Assembly (NCBI GenBank): GCA_000004695.1
Contig: CM000152.2
Coordinates: 3,776,001 to 3,840,000, forward strand
Source of the DNA: Dictyostelium discoideum
Taxonomy: Eukaryota
DNA length: 64,000 nucleotides
Direction: 5' to 3'
Positions 1 through 18,486 of this stretch are shown here, one piece after another. Every line of letters begins with the position of its first letter. The stretch's first letter is position 1. Under the pieces are notes generated by a model that saw nothing but the letters and a program-made list of their open reading frames with translations, searched no databases and was not told the origin of the DNA. Both the position numbers and the translations under genes were made by a program.

Positions 1-758
<758 letters not shown>

Positions 759-1125
759 TTATTTTTTTTTTTTAAAAATCCAAAATGAAAAAAAAAAAAA
801 AATTATAAAAAAAAATAAAAAATATAAAAAAAAAATTAAAAATAAAAAAAAAAAAAATTTTAAAAATTTTAAAAAAAAAAAAAAAGTTAATAAAATTGGA
901 ATTGGAGAACATGAAAGAATAAATAGAAAAATCTAAATAAAGATAAATATGTTTCCATTGAAATAAAAAAAAGAAAACAATTCCCTTGTTCCCCCCTTTT
1001 TTTTGTAGTTGAAATTAAGTAAAAAATTATTCTCCAATTCTAAATTAATACAAATAATAATTGTGTATCAATTTACTTGTCTTTTTTTATTATTATTTTT
1101 TTATTTTCAAATTGAGACAATTCCT

Positions 1126-1161
<36 letters not shown>

Positions 1162-1863
1162 GAATTTGAAAGATTTATTTTTTTAATAATTATGAAAAAT
1201 AAAGATTTAAGATATCCAAAAGAATCCATAAATTTTTATTTTTACATTTTTTTTTTTTTTTTGTTTGATTTTGGTTGATATTTTTTTTTTTTTTGGGATA
1301 ATAAAAATATCAAAAAAATAAAAATAAAAATAACATTCCTAAAATATAGGAATTTTTTTTTTTTTTTTTTCCCAAATTGGCTAGACTTTAAATCAAAATA
1401 TTTTCAAAAAGTATTTTTAAATATTTTTAAATATTAAAAAAATAAAAAAATAAAATAAAATATAAGTTTGACTAAATTATTAAATTATGATTTTAACAAT
1501 ATTTAATAATATCATATTTCGTAAAAAAAAAAAAAAAAAAACCTAATTTATTTACAAATCCAGTTTCGGTTTTTTTTTTTCGAAAAAACTGTTTAAAAAA
1601 AAAGAAAATAAAAAATAAAATAAAATAAAAAAAAAGAAAATAAATTAAAAAATAAAATATTTTTTTTTAATTTTGTAAAAAAACGAAAAAAAAAAAAAAA
1701 ATAAAAAAAAAAAAAATAAAAAAAAAAAAAAAAATAAAAAAAATAAAAAAAAAAAAAAAATTTTTATTTTGGTTGGGCTTTGAAAACACACACAAATAAT
1801 TTTTTTTATTGTTGATCATTTGGTATATTAAAGTGTTATTGTTTATATAATATATATTTAAGG

Positions 1864-3318
1864 ATGAATAGAACACATCATTTATTTAGATTAAGAGGAT
1901 CCTCAAGATCATTTTGTTCATCCACTCCAGTTACAAAACCAAATAGTAAGTAATTTAATATTTATATATATATTTTTTTATAGCTAATTCAAATATATAC
2001 ACACACACACACACATAAACACAAGAATAATAATTTACAATTTATTTTTTATTAATTTAATAATTCTTAAAAAAAAATAAAAAAATAAACAGAATTATTT
2101 GGTAGTTTATTTCCAAATCCAACACCAATAAATCCAATGAAAGAACAAATTTATTCATTTGAAGCAATTGAAAATGGAACATCATCACCAAAGGGTACAA
2201 CATTTAAAAATTCATTAGATCAACCATTTTCACAAAACGTTTTAAACAAAAGTTTTTTATACGATGAAAATGGTAAAATTACAATTGAAGAAGGTGAACA
2301 GATGATGAAAGAATATGATGAGGACGACGATTATGGTGAATCTGTCGACGATCTCCAATCTGAAAAATTCATTAACAATATTAGAGAACAAAGTAAAAAC
2401 CAATCATTTGAATTATTTCAATATAAAAAAGAAACAAAAGCTTCAAAAGATATGGCATACATCAATTTCCTTGAAAAGCATGAATTAAATCCAAACCTTT
2501 TATGCTTTCTAATTCAATCAGCAACATCAGAGTCTGATAAAATTTTTGAAACCTTTAAAAAAAGTTTATCCTTTGAAATCGCTGAATCAATTTGTGTCCA
2601 AATGCCTGATAATTCCTTAGCTGGTCGTACAGTATCAACCGCTATTTCTTTAATTCCAAAAGAAAATTCAAATATTGACCCACAATCAGTTTATAAATCA
2701 CTTTCAACATTTGGTATAACCTTAAATGTAAGTATTAATTATTAAAAAAAAAGGAAAAAAAAAAAAAAAAAAAATTGTTATTAATTTTTTTTATTTTTAA
2801 ATTTTTTATTTTAGGGTTTAAGATTAAAAGTTTTAAATGCATCAAGTTTAAAGACAATATCATTATTTGGTTTAGATAAAAATTTACCTGAGGAATATTT
2901 TAGAGATTATTTTTCAGAATCATTTGATCCAAATATGAAAGATCCAAAATTTTGTAGAATTACATTCTCATCAAAAGTTTATAAACCACATTTGATCGGT
3001 AAAGAATCATCACACTCTGGTGTTGCACATATTACATTTGACAGTCATTTAGTTGCCATGAGAGCAATAAAAGCATTGTCCAATTTACCAATTTCTAGTT
3101 GGGTGGGTATTAGTAGATACGCTTACACTGAAGGTTCTGCCGCTGCAGATTTAATCACAATTCTTGAAAGAAGGAGACATAGACAAATGGATGATATTAA
3201 ATTAATGAAAGATATTATCGATTTAAAAGCAAAAGTTAAAGAGTTGGAAAATGAAGTAAAGAAACATGAAGATTCAAAGAAAAAGGGTTCATCCAAAAGA
3301 TATTTAACCAATATTTAA
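1864..3318 (+). CDS. Hypothetical protein, three exons: 1864..1945, 2093..2727, 2815..3318. Exon 1 encodes a presequence-like peptide MNRTHHLFRLRGSSRSFCSSTPVTKPN.
   Basis: Long ORFs at 2137..2745 and 2935..3318 join in frame across a GTAAGT(2728)...TTTTAG(2814) phase-0 intron. An upstream exon with ATG at 1864 joins in phase 1 via GTAAGT(1946)...ACAG(2092). The product has no family I recognise (…RYAYTEGSAAADLITILERRRHRQMDDIKLMKD…KKKGSSKRYLTNI). Confidence 0.55.
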
Positions 3319-3781
3319 ATAATAATAAAATAACACTTTTAACGAAAACTAAACAAAAAAAAAAAAAAAAAAAAATATTAAAAAAAAAATTAATAAAAAA
3401 AAAATAAAAAAAGAAAATTATAAAAAAAAAAAAAAAAGAAAATAGATTCTATCTTCTTAACTTTTATTCATCTTTTTTTTTTTTATAATTTTCTTAAACT
3501 GGAAATTTTTTTTTTTTTTTCAACAAACTGGAAATTGTGGGAAATGTACCACTACCATTAAAGTAATGCCAACAATTTTCCTTCCAAAATTAAATAATTT
3601 TAAAAAATAAGAATTACAATCAATATAAAATAAAATAAAATATAATATTTATTTAGTTAGTAAACTTTTTTTTTTTTTGTTTATAATTTCATTTTTATTA
3701 TATATTTTTTTTTTTTTTATTTTTTATTTTTTTATTTTTTTTTTTATAATTTTATTTTATTACTTTTTAAAAAATAAATAT

Positions 3782-5113
<1,332 letters not shown>

Positions 5114-5171
5114 CTAATGTTTTTTTTATTTTTTTTTATGTGTGTATATATATCTAAATCGTCTTTCGTTA

Positions 5172-5205
<34 letters not shown>

Positions 5206-5229
5206 CAAAAAAAAAAAATAATTTTCTTC

Positions 5230-5271
<42 letters not shown>

Positions 5272-5924
5272 CTGCTTTTTTTAATTTTTTTTTTTTTATT
5301 TAAAACTATTTTTAAACCAAAATTAAAAATATACAATTGATTTGTTTTTTTTTTTTTTTTTATTTTATTTTTCCAGTTTTCTCTAAAATAAACAATTTTT
5401 TGATCTACATAATCAAATTCAACGTGGTAATCGTCATTATCATTAACTTCTTTTTTTGTAATATCATCATTTCCATCACCTTTATTTTAATGATCCACTA
5501 TCCAAATTTATTTTTGTAACAACAACAGTTTTGATTAGAAAAATAAAATAAAATAAAATAAATAATTAAAAAAGTTTGGGCAAGTATTAAAATTATATGG
5601 AACATATTAATTTTTTAAAAAAAAAAACAAAACAATGTTATTAGTATATGATTAAAAATCAAATAAATTTATTAATAAATGATTAGAAAAATCCAACGGA
5701 CAATACTCTTTCTGATTATTTAAAATACACAAGATTAACATGGGTCTGGTAGGACAAAAAAAAATAATAATAAAATAATTAATTATTTATTTAAAAAATA
5801 AAAAAAAAAATAATAAAACAATAAAATTATTTAAAAAGTAAAAAAAAAAATATTAAATAATAATTCTTTATTTTTATTTATTTTAAAAAACTTTAATCAA
5901 ATTTACAGATTATTTTAAACACTC

Positions 5925-7504
<1,580 letters not shown>

Positions 7505-7869
7505 TTTAAAAGTGATTAAATAAAATTAATTAATTTTAAAATATTATTGGGTATATAATTTTCTTTTTTTTATTTTTTTTTTTTATATATATTGTAAATT
7601 TTTATTTTTTTGAAGAGACAGAACTAACAATTAATTAATGTGAATTTTTTAAAGAAAAGGACAATAAAAATAATAATTAATTTTTAACTATAAATAATTA
7701 AATTATTATTTTTTTTCTTTTTTTTTTTTTTTTTTTATTTATTTTTTTTCTTTTTTATTAAAAATTTTTTTTTTTTTTTTTCTTTTTTATATTTTTATCA
7801 CACTACCACTATTTGATCCAAAAATAGTTTCATTATGATAACAGGTTGTGCAACATTGATGGGTATTTT

Positions 7870-7911
<42 letters not shown>

Positions 7912-9094
7912 ACAATAAACAACAAACACCCCACACAGTGTGTTAATATAAATATTAATTAATATTGAATATAAGAAAAATAAAAAAAAAAAAATACTAT
8001 TGGAGTGATTGAAATTTTTTATTGTAATGACCTATTATTTTTTTTTATTATTATTATTGCTATTACTCTATCATTTATTGTAGTGATACATAATTTATCA
8101 TTTGTTGGTGTGAGTGTGTTTGCTTGTGTTAGTGTGTGCTATAATAAATAAATAAAAATATTGATAGTAATTTATTAAATTTTTTATTTTTTGAGAGGTT
8201 TTTACAACAACACTTCATTAATTTACATTGTAAATAATCTCCTCCTTGAGAGATATAAAAATGTTTTTTAATCGATCGCCATAATTTTTTTTTTTTCCAT
8301 TTCCAATAAACAATAATAATTACATTTTTAATTTTTTTTTTTTTTATTTTTTTTTTTTAAAATATGATGTTTTACCACCCCTTCAAATTTTTATCTACAT
8401 ATTTATATTAGTGAGTTTATTTTTAGAATTTTGTATTATTTTTTTTAATTCATTTTTTTTTTTTTTATTTATTTATTTTTTTATTTTTTTTTTTAATAAA
8501 TTTTAATGAACAGACAATTTGGGTTGGGGGTTAGATATATGATGATTATTGAAAATCCATATGCAACATTTATGATGAAAACCTACTCATAATTATTATT
8601 TTAGCTTTATATGTTATAAAAATATAATTCAGAAATGATTTAATTTTTGCAAGTAAAAAAGAGTAAAAGTAGTAGCAATGTGTGAACAATAATTCCAATA
8701 ATAAAAAAAAAAAGTGTAATAACAATGTCAAAAAAAAAAAAAAAAGAAAGAAAAAAGAAAATAAATTATAATAAATAATTAGCCCAATAATTAAATCTAT
8801 AACAACAACAATCAAAAATTACAATATTGTCTTAAAAAAATGAGTAACAATGATTAAAAAAGCAAGCAACAACAATAAACAATAAACAACAAACAACAAA
8901 ATTATAAACAACAGCAACAACAACAATTAAAAAAAAAAAAAAAAAAAAAACCACAACAAAAGTAACAAAAAAAAGACAACAACAACCGCCAAATAATAAA
9001 AATAATAATAATAAAAATAATAACAATAATAAAAAATAATAAATATAATAATAAAATTAATAATAAAAATAATAGTAATAATAAAAATAATAAT

Positions 9095-9270
<176 letters not shown>

Positions 9271-9418
9271 AATAATAATAATTTTAAAAAAAAACAAATA
9301 ATAAAAATAATTTTAATTTTAATGATATTGGTAAAAATAAATAAATAAATAAATTTAAAAAATTTAAAAATAAAAAAATAAATAAATTATCACATCATCT
9401 GGTGTTTTTTTGATTTAG

Positions 9419-9472
<54 letters not shown>

Positions 9473-9487
9473 ATTAATTTAACTTTT

Positions 9488-11065
9488 TTATTTTGATGAG
9501 AAAATTAATCTTTCTAAATTAATAAATGGTTTTTCGATTAATAAATGAATAACGAATGCAGCGGCAAATGTTGTAACTACATTTCCAATGTATAAAATTG
9601 AAAATTCAATGGTTGAGTAATGAAGAAAGTTTGTCATTGAGTAAAGTCTATATTCAATTATCAATGGATGAATTAAATAAGAGGAGTAGGTTAATTTTGA
9701 AAAGAATTTCCATATTCCAAGTTTTAAAAACCATTGGACTATACCGCCATAACCATAGAATGTTGCTAAAATAATAATTGAAACACCAATTGAAAAAGTT
9801 GTATGAGAGAAACCATTATATAATGACTTTTGAATTGTTGTCCAATTTCCAACAAAATTAATTGAATTCTTATAAAAATCAAAAGAAATATAAGATAAAA
9901 AGAATGTGATAAACAATGATACACAATATAATATATATCTTGTTGTACGAAGGTAATAAATGTATCTAACTTTTTTAGATAGTTTGGAATCAGTATATAT
10001 AAAAGCAATTAAAATACCAACAATATAAGCACCAATTCTATAATATGGTTTTTGATAAATGTTTGTAATTAATTGACTTGTTGGATGAGGTGAAACTAGT
10101 TCAGCTTCAGTACCTAACAAATCAAAAAATGTTGGTATTTCATATTTAATCGAAACTGCCAATGTTGCCATCATTGATGAATATTAAAAAGTAATATAAT
10201 GGAATTAGTCTATCAACTGCAAATTCACCTGCAAAAATAACTTGGAATGAAAATGAACTAAAAGCACCTCCGAGTGATTCTAAATTATCAATTCCAAAAC
10301 CATCAGTTGCAAATAAAATTGTATGACCTAAAATTACCCAACATGTACCTAATGTTCTAATACCATCTAATGATTGAAAATAACCTTTTGGATTTGAACC
10401 ATAAATTAAAGAATTGAAATTTTTAATTAATGACCAACATTGAAAATATTTAACAAGTTTATTATTTTCATAATCATTATTGGATTTATCAAATTTATCA
10501 AAAATAAATCCATAAAAAGGTGGTGTTAAATCTTTAATTCTTTCATTGTTATTTGTTAATTCTAATTGATTAAAATCTTCATCACCATCTTGTTGTTGTT
10601 TTTGTTGTAAATTAAGTAAATTTGGTTCATAATAACTTTTTGGATTTAATAAAGAGTGTTGTGAATTATAATTTTTTCTATATTGTTTTAATTTATAAAT
10701 TAAAAGATAATCAATGATAGTACCAATGGAAATGTTTGAAAGGAAGAAAACACTAATTCCAGTTAAAACCCAAGTACCAGCATTACTTTGAATTTTAACA
10801 GTTTGATATTCACTATTATAACAATGTAAATTATTTGATGCATTAAAACTCATTTCAAGTTGCAAGACATTTAAAATTGTATATTGTGTCATTAATCCAA
10901 TAATATCATCTTGAGAACAATAATTTGAACTTGGATAACAAACTCCAATATAAAATGTTACTGAATCAAAATTACCTTCAAATAAACAATATTGAGTAGT
11001 ATTTGAAGGTAAGGCTAAACAAGATCCATAATTTCCTAATTCATTAAAACCAATACCACTATACA

Positions 11066-11127
<62 letters not shown>

Positions 11128-11474
11128 TTTAATATAAAAAATTATTTTTTTATTTTTTTTTATTGATTATTAAACAAACAAAATAAATAATTAATAATAT
11201 TACTCATCATCATATTTGTAACATCAGGATTTGAAAAATCTAAAATTGAATCTATTTCATCAGAACAATTTTTAGAAACTTGATAACTATTTGATAGTTT
11301 CGGAATTAAATTTAATTTTTTTTTTTTTAGAAATTCATTATTTATTTCTTTAGTTTTAACTAAAAAATCATTTCTAATATTAATATTTTTTTTTAAAATA
11401 GGAGAATAATCTCCACTACTAAAATTTAAAAAAGTTAAAATAATAAAAGATATAATTATTATTTGTTTAAACAT
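9488..11474 (-). CDS. Acyltransferase-3 family membrane protein with an N-terminal NRF domain (nose-resistant-to-fluoxetine-like). Segments on minus: 11474..11204 (signal peptide + NRF start), 11068..10146, 10174..9488. There is a probable frameshift or unresolved junction near 10146-10175.
   Basis: Exon 1 carries the signal peptide MFKQIIIISFIILTFLNFSSG and the NRF start (KNCSDEIDSILDFSNPDVTNMMM). A GTAATA...poly(A)...AG intron (phase 1) leads into YSGIGFNELGNYGSCLALP...LDGIRTLGTCWVILGHTILFATDGFGIDNLESLGGAFS, which is the Acyl_transf_3 signature. The downstream ORF (MMATLAVSIKYEIPTFFDLLG...multi-TM...LIEKPFINLERL) continues the family fold but in a different frame. The two overlap by 29 nt with no GT..AG that reconciles them. 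Confidence 0.65.
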
Positions 11475-11703
11475 TTTTAAGTTTTTATTTTTTTTATTTT
11501 TTTATTTTTTATTTTTTATTTTTATACAAAAAAAATAAATAAAGGTTTAAATTAGATTAAAAAAAAAAAAAAAAAAAAAAAAATCATTTTGATGGTTTCG
11601 TACTGGGTTACATGGCTTAGTTAGAACTGTTAATTTTAAATTTTTTTTATTTTTTTTATTTTTTTTTTTGGTGAGATTCCTCCTGTTTATTTGAGTTTAA
11701 GTC

Positions 11704-11741
<38 letters not shown>

Positions 11742-11768
11742 ATATTTTTTTTTATTTTATTTTTTAAT

Positions 11769-13204
11769 TTATGCAGATATTCTTTTTGGGAAAGTTTTGG
11801 AATTGAATCTTTTTAATAAAAATTCATCATTTGTATCAATTGGATTTGGTTTATTTTGAACTAAATTTGAAATTAATTTTCCAATGGCAGGACCAAACTT
11901 AAAACCATGACCGGAACAAGGTGATGCAATAACAACATTTGTAAATCTTGGATGTTTATCAATAATAAAATGCCAATCTGATGTATTTGTGTAATGGCAA
12001 ACAACGCTATGACCCTCTTTATCATTATTTAAACCTGGCATATATTCACCAACATATCCTTTAACTTTATCATAATTTTCTTTTTTAAATGGTAATTTTT
12101 TACTTTCCATATTTTCCAAAACATTACCACTATGATGATATCCAACTAAAAAAAAAAATAAAATAAAATAAAATATTAATAATTTTATTTTATTTTATTT
12201 TTTTTTATTTTTATTTTTATTTTTTTTTTTAAAATTATAATAATAAAACTTTACTTACTTTTAACCCCTTTAACATCAATTTGAGGTAAAGAATAATAAA
12301 CATCAGAATTATTATCATAAAAGATTGAAACAGGGTTATTAAATTGAGTATAATCAATTGTATTATTTAATTTTGGTTCCCAGTAAAATACAGTTTCTTG
12401 AGAGATTTCTAAAGGTAATGTAATGTTTAATTGTGAATTATGAATTAAATCATTAATCCAACCACCACATGCTAAAACTATTTTTTTAGTTTTATAAACT
12501 GATTGATCTTCACATAATACAGTTATGAGTGACTCTGATTCAACTTTAATACGAGACACCTTTTTATTATCTAAAATTTGACCACCAAATCTTTTGCATA
12601 GCGACCAAATGGTTTTAATTGATTTACTTGCGTATGCAACACCACTATCTTTTTGAAATACGATTAAATCATTGTCTCTGAATTTAAATTGTGGGAATTT
12701 TGATTCTGCCTCTTTTTTTGAGAGAATTTGGTAGTCGATATTATTTCTTTTATAGGATTCGATTAAATCTTTTAATGGTTCTGCATTTTGGTGACCGAAA
12801 TCCAAGCCACCAGTGATATGAATTAATTTGGTATTTGATAATCTTTCAATCTCTGACCATTCTGGATAAACCAATTTAGCTAATCTAATATAGGTATCCT
12901 CTGGATATGAAAATCTTATAATTCTACCATCGCCATGTGATGATCCTTTATCATGTGCTTCTTTAAATTGTTCTAACATTAATACCTTTAATCCATCTTT
13001 TGCCATTTGATAACATGCTGATGATCCTGTGATACCACCACCAATTACAATACAATCATATAATACTTCATTATTATTATTATTTTTATTATTAAAATTA
13101 ATATTATTATTATTATTACTATTATTACTATTATTATTACTATTTACAATATGTGATTGAATATTTTGAATTCTTCTGGTATATGTTGCTTGTTGATTAT
13201 TCAT
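11769..13204 (-). CDS. FAD-dependent oxidoreductase of the monomeric sarcosine oxidase / L-pipecolate oxidase (MSOX/PIPOX) family. Exons on minus: 13204..12259, 12145..11769.
   Basis: After an N-rich N-terminus comes the dinucleotide-binding motif DCIVIGGGITGSSACYQMAKDG. Downstream are …HGDGRIIRFSYPE… and, after a GTAAGT...TTTTAG phase-1 intron, …HSVVCHYTNTSDWHFIIDKHPRFTNVVIASPCSGHGFKFGPAIG. The covalent-flavin Cys and SGHGFKF are as in MSOX/PIPOX. Confidence 0.75.
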
Positions 13205-13527
13205 TTTTTATTTCAATATTGGTGTTGGGAAAAAAGTTTTAAATAAAAAAAAAATAACAACTCTAAATAAAAAAAAAAAATAAAAAAAAATGAAAACTGG
13301 GGGAAAAAAAAAAAAATAAATGAAAAAATAATAAAAAAAAAAAATAAAAATAAAAAAAAATATCTTTTTTTGAAATCTCAAATAATTTTATTTATTTTTT
13401 TATTTAAATAATCGAATGGGGGTAAAAATGGACACTGACCTTTTTTGTTATAGATCCAAATTTATTTTTTAATTTTTTTTTATGATTTATCTAGAATTGA
13501 AAAAGAAAACTAAAAAAAAAATATCAG

Positions 13528-13558
<31 letters not shown>

Positions 13559-13836
13559 TAATGAAAATTATAATTGTTTGATATAAAAAAAAAAAAAAAA
13601 GGATAAAAAAAAAAAAGGATAAAAAAAAAAAAAAAAAAAAAAATAAAAGAAAAAAAAAAAAAAAAATAAAGAAAAAAAAAAAAAAAAAAATAAAGAAAAA
13701 ATAATATTTTATAAATATAAAATTCTTTTTATATAAAAAATAAAAATAAAAAAATGATTTTTTATGAATCAGAAAAAAAAAAGTGAACTTCTTCATTTTT
13801 ATAATCAAAAAAAAAAAAAAAATTAAAAAAAAATTG

Positions 13837-13872
<36 letters not shown>

Positions 13873-14223
13873 AAATTAAATAAAAATTCAATCATAAAAA
13901 TAATAAAAAGATAGATCTAAAAATGATGGAAAAATAAAATTATTGAAAAAAAAAAAAAAAAAAAAAAAAATTAGAAAAAAAAAAAAAAAAAATGATGAAA
14001 AATTAAATAACTTTGCTTTGGCGTTGAAACCATTAAAGCAGAGTAGATTATTTACCAAAAGCTCTTTAAGATATTTAAACAAATTCTTTAAAAAATTAAA
14101 ATACCAAGAAAAAGTTTTATTAAAATAAAAATAAAATAAAAGAAAATTTTTTTTTCTAAATTTTTTTTTTTTAACATTAAAATTTTTTTATTATCAATTA
14201 TTATTGTATGAAAAAAAAAAACA

Positions 14224-15400
<1,177 letters not shown>

Positions 15401-15518
15401 AGGTAAATTTGAATTCAAATAATAATATACTCCAAAATAATAATAACAAAGGACCATCGTTAAATGAAAAATAATTGTAACTCTTATATTGGGGTTTATT
15501 TTATTCTCATATTAAATT

Positions 15519-15599
<81 letters not shown>

Positions 15600-15885
15600 A
15601 TAATAATAATAATTGAATCTTTACTGTAATGGAGATTAAAAGCAATATTTAATATATATATTCCAATGCAAGATGTAATAAAAAAATAAAAATAAAATTA
15701 AAATAAATATTAAAATTAAAAATAAAATTAAAATAAAATTGAAGTTTTAATTTTTGATACTAAATAAAATATCTTTTTAATTTGAAATGATGACAATCAA
15801 TTAAAAAATTTAAAAAAATAATAAAAAATGACCAACCATAAAAAAAGAAATTCTATTGAAAATTAAAAAAAAGAAATTCTATTGA

Positions 15886-15929
<44 letters not shown>

Positions 15930-16180
15930 GAATGGTTTCTTAAATTTTTTTTATTTTTTATATCTTTAATGTATTTTTTAGTTTCAATTTATAGTATATA
16001 ATATCAAAAATAAAGTTAAATCATTAAAAAAAAAAAAAAAAAAAAGATGAAATTTTTTTTTTTTTTCCCCAAGTGACGAATTTTGTTTTTTAATTATAAT
16101 TATTTATTCTGGACTATAAATATAGATCTAAAAAAAAAATTCAAAAAACAAAACAATTACTGCAATTGTTTTGTTTTTTG

Positions 16181-16234
<54 letters not shown>

Positions 16235-17355
16235 ATCAAATATTATATTTTATTCTCATATATCATTTTGTGTATTTTTGAATTTTCTATTTTTATGTAA
16301 TATTAAATTTTATTTTATATAATTTTTTGTCTGATAGGTTGGGATGTTAAAAAAAAAAAAAAAATGGAAAATTAATTTTATTATGACAACACGTGTTGTG
16401 ATAATACATGTATTTTTAATTTTGCTTTTGGTCTTTTAGTGAATTTTGTTATTTAATTTCACTACACGAGCCCAGTGAAAAAAAAAAATCACTCACCTTA
16501 ATTTTTTTTTTTTCAAAAGCTTATTGATGATTTTCTCTTTATTTACCAAATAAATCAGTTGATCTATTTAAAGAAGAATTTAATTTTGGCACCATATTTG
16601 CACCGACTAATGGTTTACGTTGAATAAAACTTGTTGATCTATTTGGTGATTTGAGAGGTGATTTGGATGGTTTGGAATGTTACCTTTAAAATTGAAAAAA
16701 GTGGGAGTGTGATTGTGGTTACTTTGCTGATTAACCACTTTCTTTTATATTTTTTATTTTTATTTTTTTTTTTGTAGAGGTCACATAATATTTATAATTA
16801 TTTAATTATAATTATGTTATATTTATTTAATTTTATTTAATTTCAATTTTTTTTTTTTTTTTTTTTTTTTATTGCACCTCCTACAATAAATAAAAACAAT
16901 AACTATTATTTTTTTTCATTTTTTTATTTTTTTTATTATTAATTATTAAATATTTATAAATTATCCTTTTACTTTTATTAATTTTAAATATTATATATAC
17001 AATAACTTATTATACCGCTGGTTGTTCAATCTCTGTTCCAAGAAAGATGCTAATTAATTCAAATAAAATTGCTGACTGTGGCACCAATGGTATAATGTTT
17101 ATTGCTTTTAATTATGAAACTAGTAAAAAGAGTAATTTTAAAGAAACTATCAAAAAGAATATTTGATAATGAAATAAATGGCCATAGAATCATTAGAAAT
17201 TAAGTTTTTCAAAATCTTTTCAAAGGTGTTAAACATATTTCAACTTTTCAAAGTATTTTTAAATCCATATTAAAAAATGAATTTTAATTTATCTAACACA
17301 ATTATGATTATTATAAGGGTAAATTTAAAATAAAAAAAAAAAAAAAAATAAAAAA

Positions 17356-17389
<34 letters not shown>

Positions 17390-18486
17390 AAAATTAAATC
17401 AATTTTTTATTTTATAATAAATATAACTATTTAGAAAATAAAAAAAAACAGAAAATAAAAAATATTTTTCTTTCATTAATAGAAGCGGTAATTAAATCAA
17501 TGATTTCAAATAATTTTTTTCTTTACAATTATATTATTTGAATGAAATTTCCATTTAAAATTAATTTTATTTATTTACTTATTTATTTTTTTAATATTGC
17601 ACAGAAACCCCTATCATAATCTATTTTTATATTTATTTTTTATTTAATTTTTTTTTTTTTTTTTTTTTAAATTTATCAACACAAAAAATACAAATCGTTA
17701 TAATTAACAATTATTTAATTTTTATTATTAATGAGTGAAAATGTTTAATCATTGGAAAAATGTACCATTCATTTTTATGTAAAATAAAAAATGTTTAATT
17801 ATAATTTCTTTGAGGGGGTAGTATGAAAAAAAGAAAAAGATAAAAAAAAATAATAAAAAATAAATTCCATTTTATTTATATCTAATTAATTTTTATGTTT
17901 TTTTTTTATAGGTTAGTGGGTGAGATTTGTATATAATATTAAAAAATTCCAAATAAAATCGTTTAAGATCTTGATATTAAAAAAATTATATTGATGAAAT
18001 CTCATTTTCAAAAGTCTGATAAAAAAAAAATAAAAATAAAAAAAAAAATAAAAAAAAATATTCTCAAAGAGAAAAATTTGCACAGTAATTTAAATTGTGT
18101 TAGTGTGTGTTGGTGGTTGTGTGGGATCTAATTTACAAAAACCTTATAAATAAATTAATTTTTTCTGTTTCTTCATACAAAACATTTATGATGTTACTTG
18201 AAAGAGTTTTTTATTATATTATTAATATATTGTTATCATTGTACTGTAAAAAATATTTATACAGTTAAAAAACATAAAAAAATAAAAAAATAAAAAAATA
18301 AAAAAAAAAAAATAAAAAAAAAGAATATAATAATATAATGAGTATATTAAAATAATAATAATAATAAAAATTGTCTATTCATTCATTTTATTTATTTGTT
18401 TATTAAAAAAATAATAATAATAACAATTGGTGTGTATGATAATTACACATTATTAATTATTTAAATAAATAAATTTATTAAATAAA

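Noticed and set aside
1009-1876. ORFs 1009..1278 (+) and 1667..1876 (-) translating poly-Phe / poly-Ile-Phe
   Set aside because: They lie entirely in poly(dA)/poly(dT) and (A)nT low-complexity intergenic DNA. They have no codon structure and are a typical AT-desert artefact. The same applies to 5337..5519, 13524..14082, 15257..15457, 20934..21655, 25661..25870, 30310..30495, 33403..33588, 44609..44794, 53985..54206 and 57285..57590.
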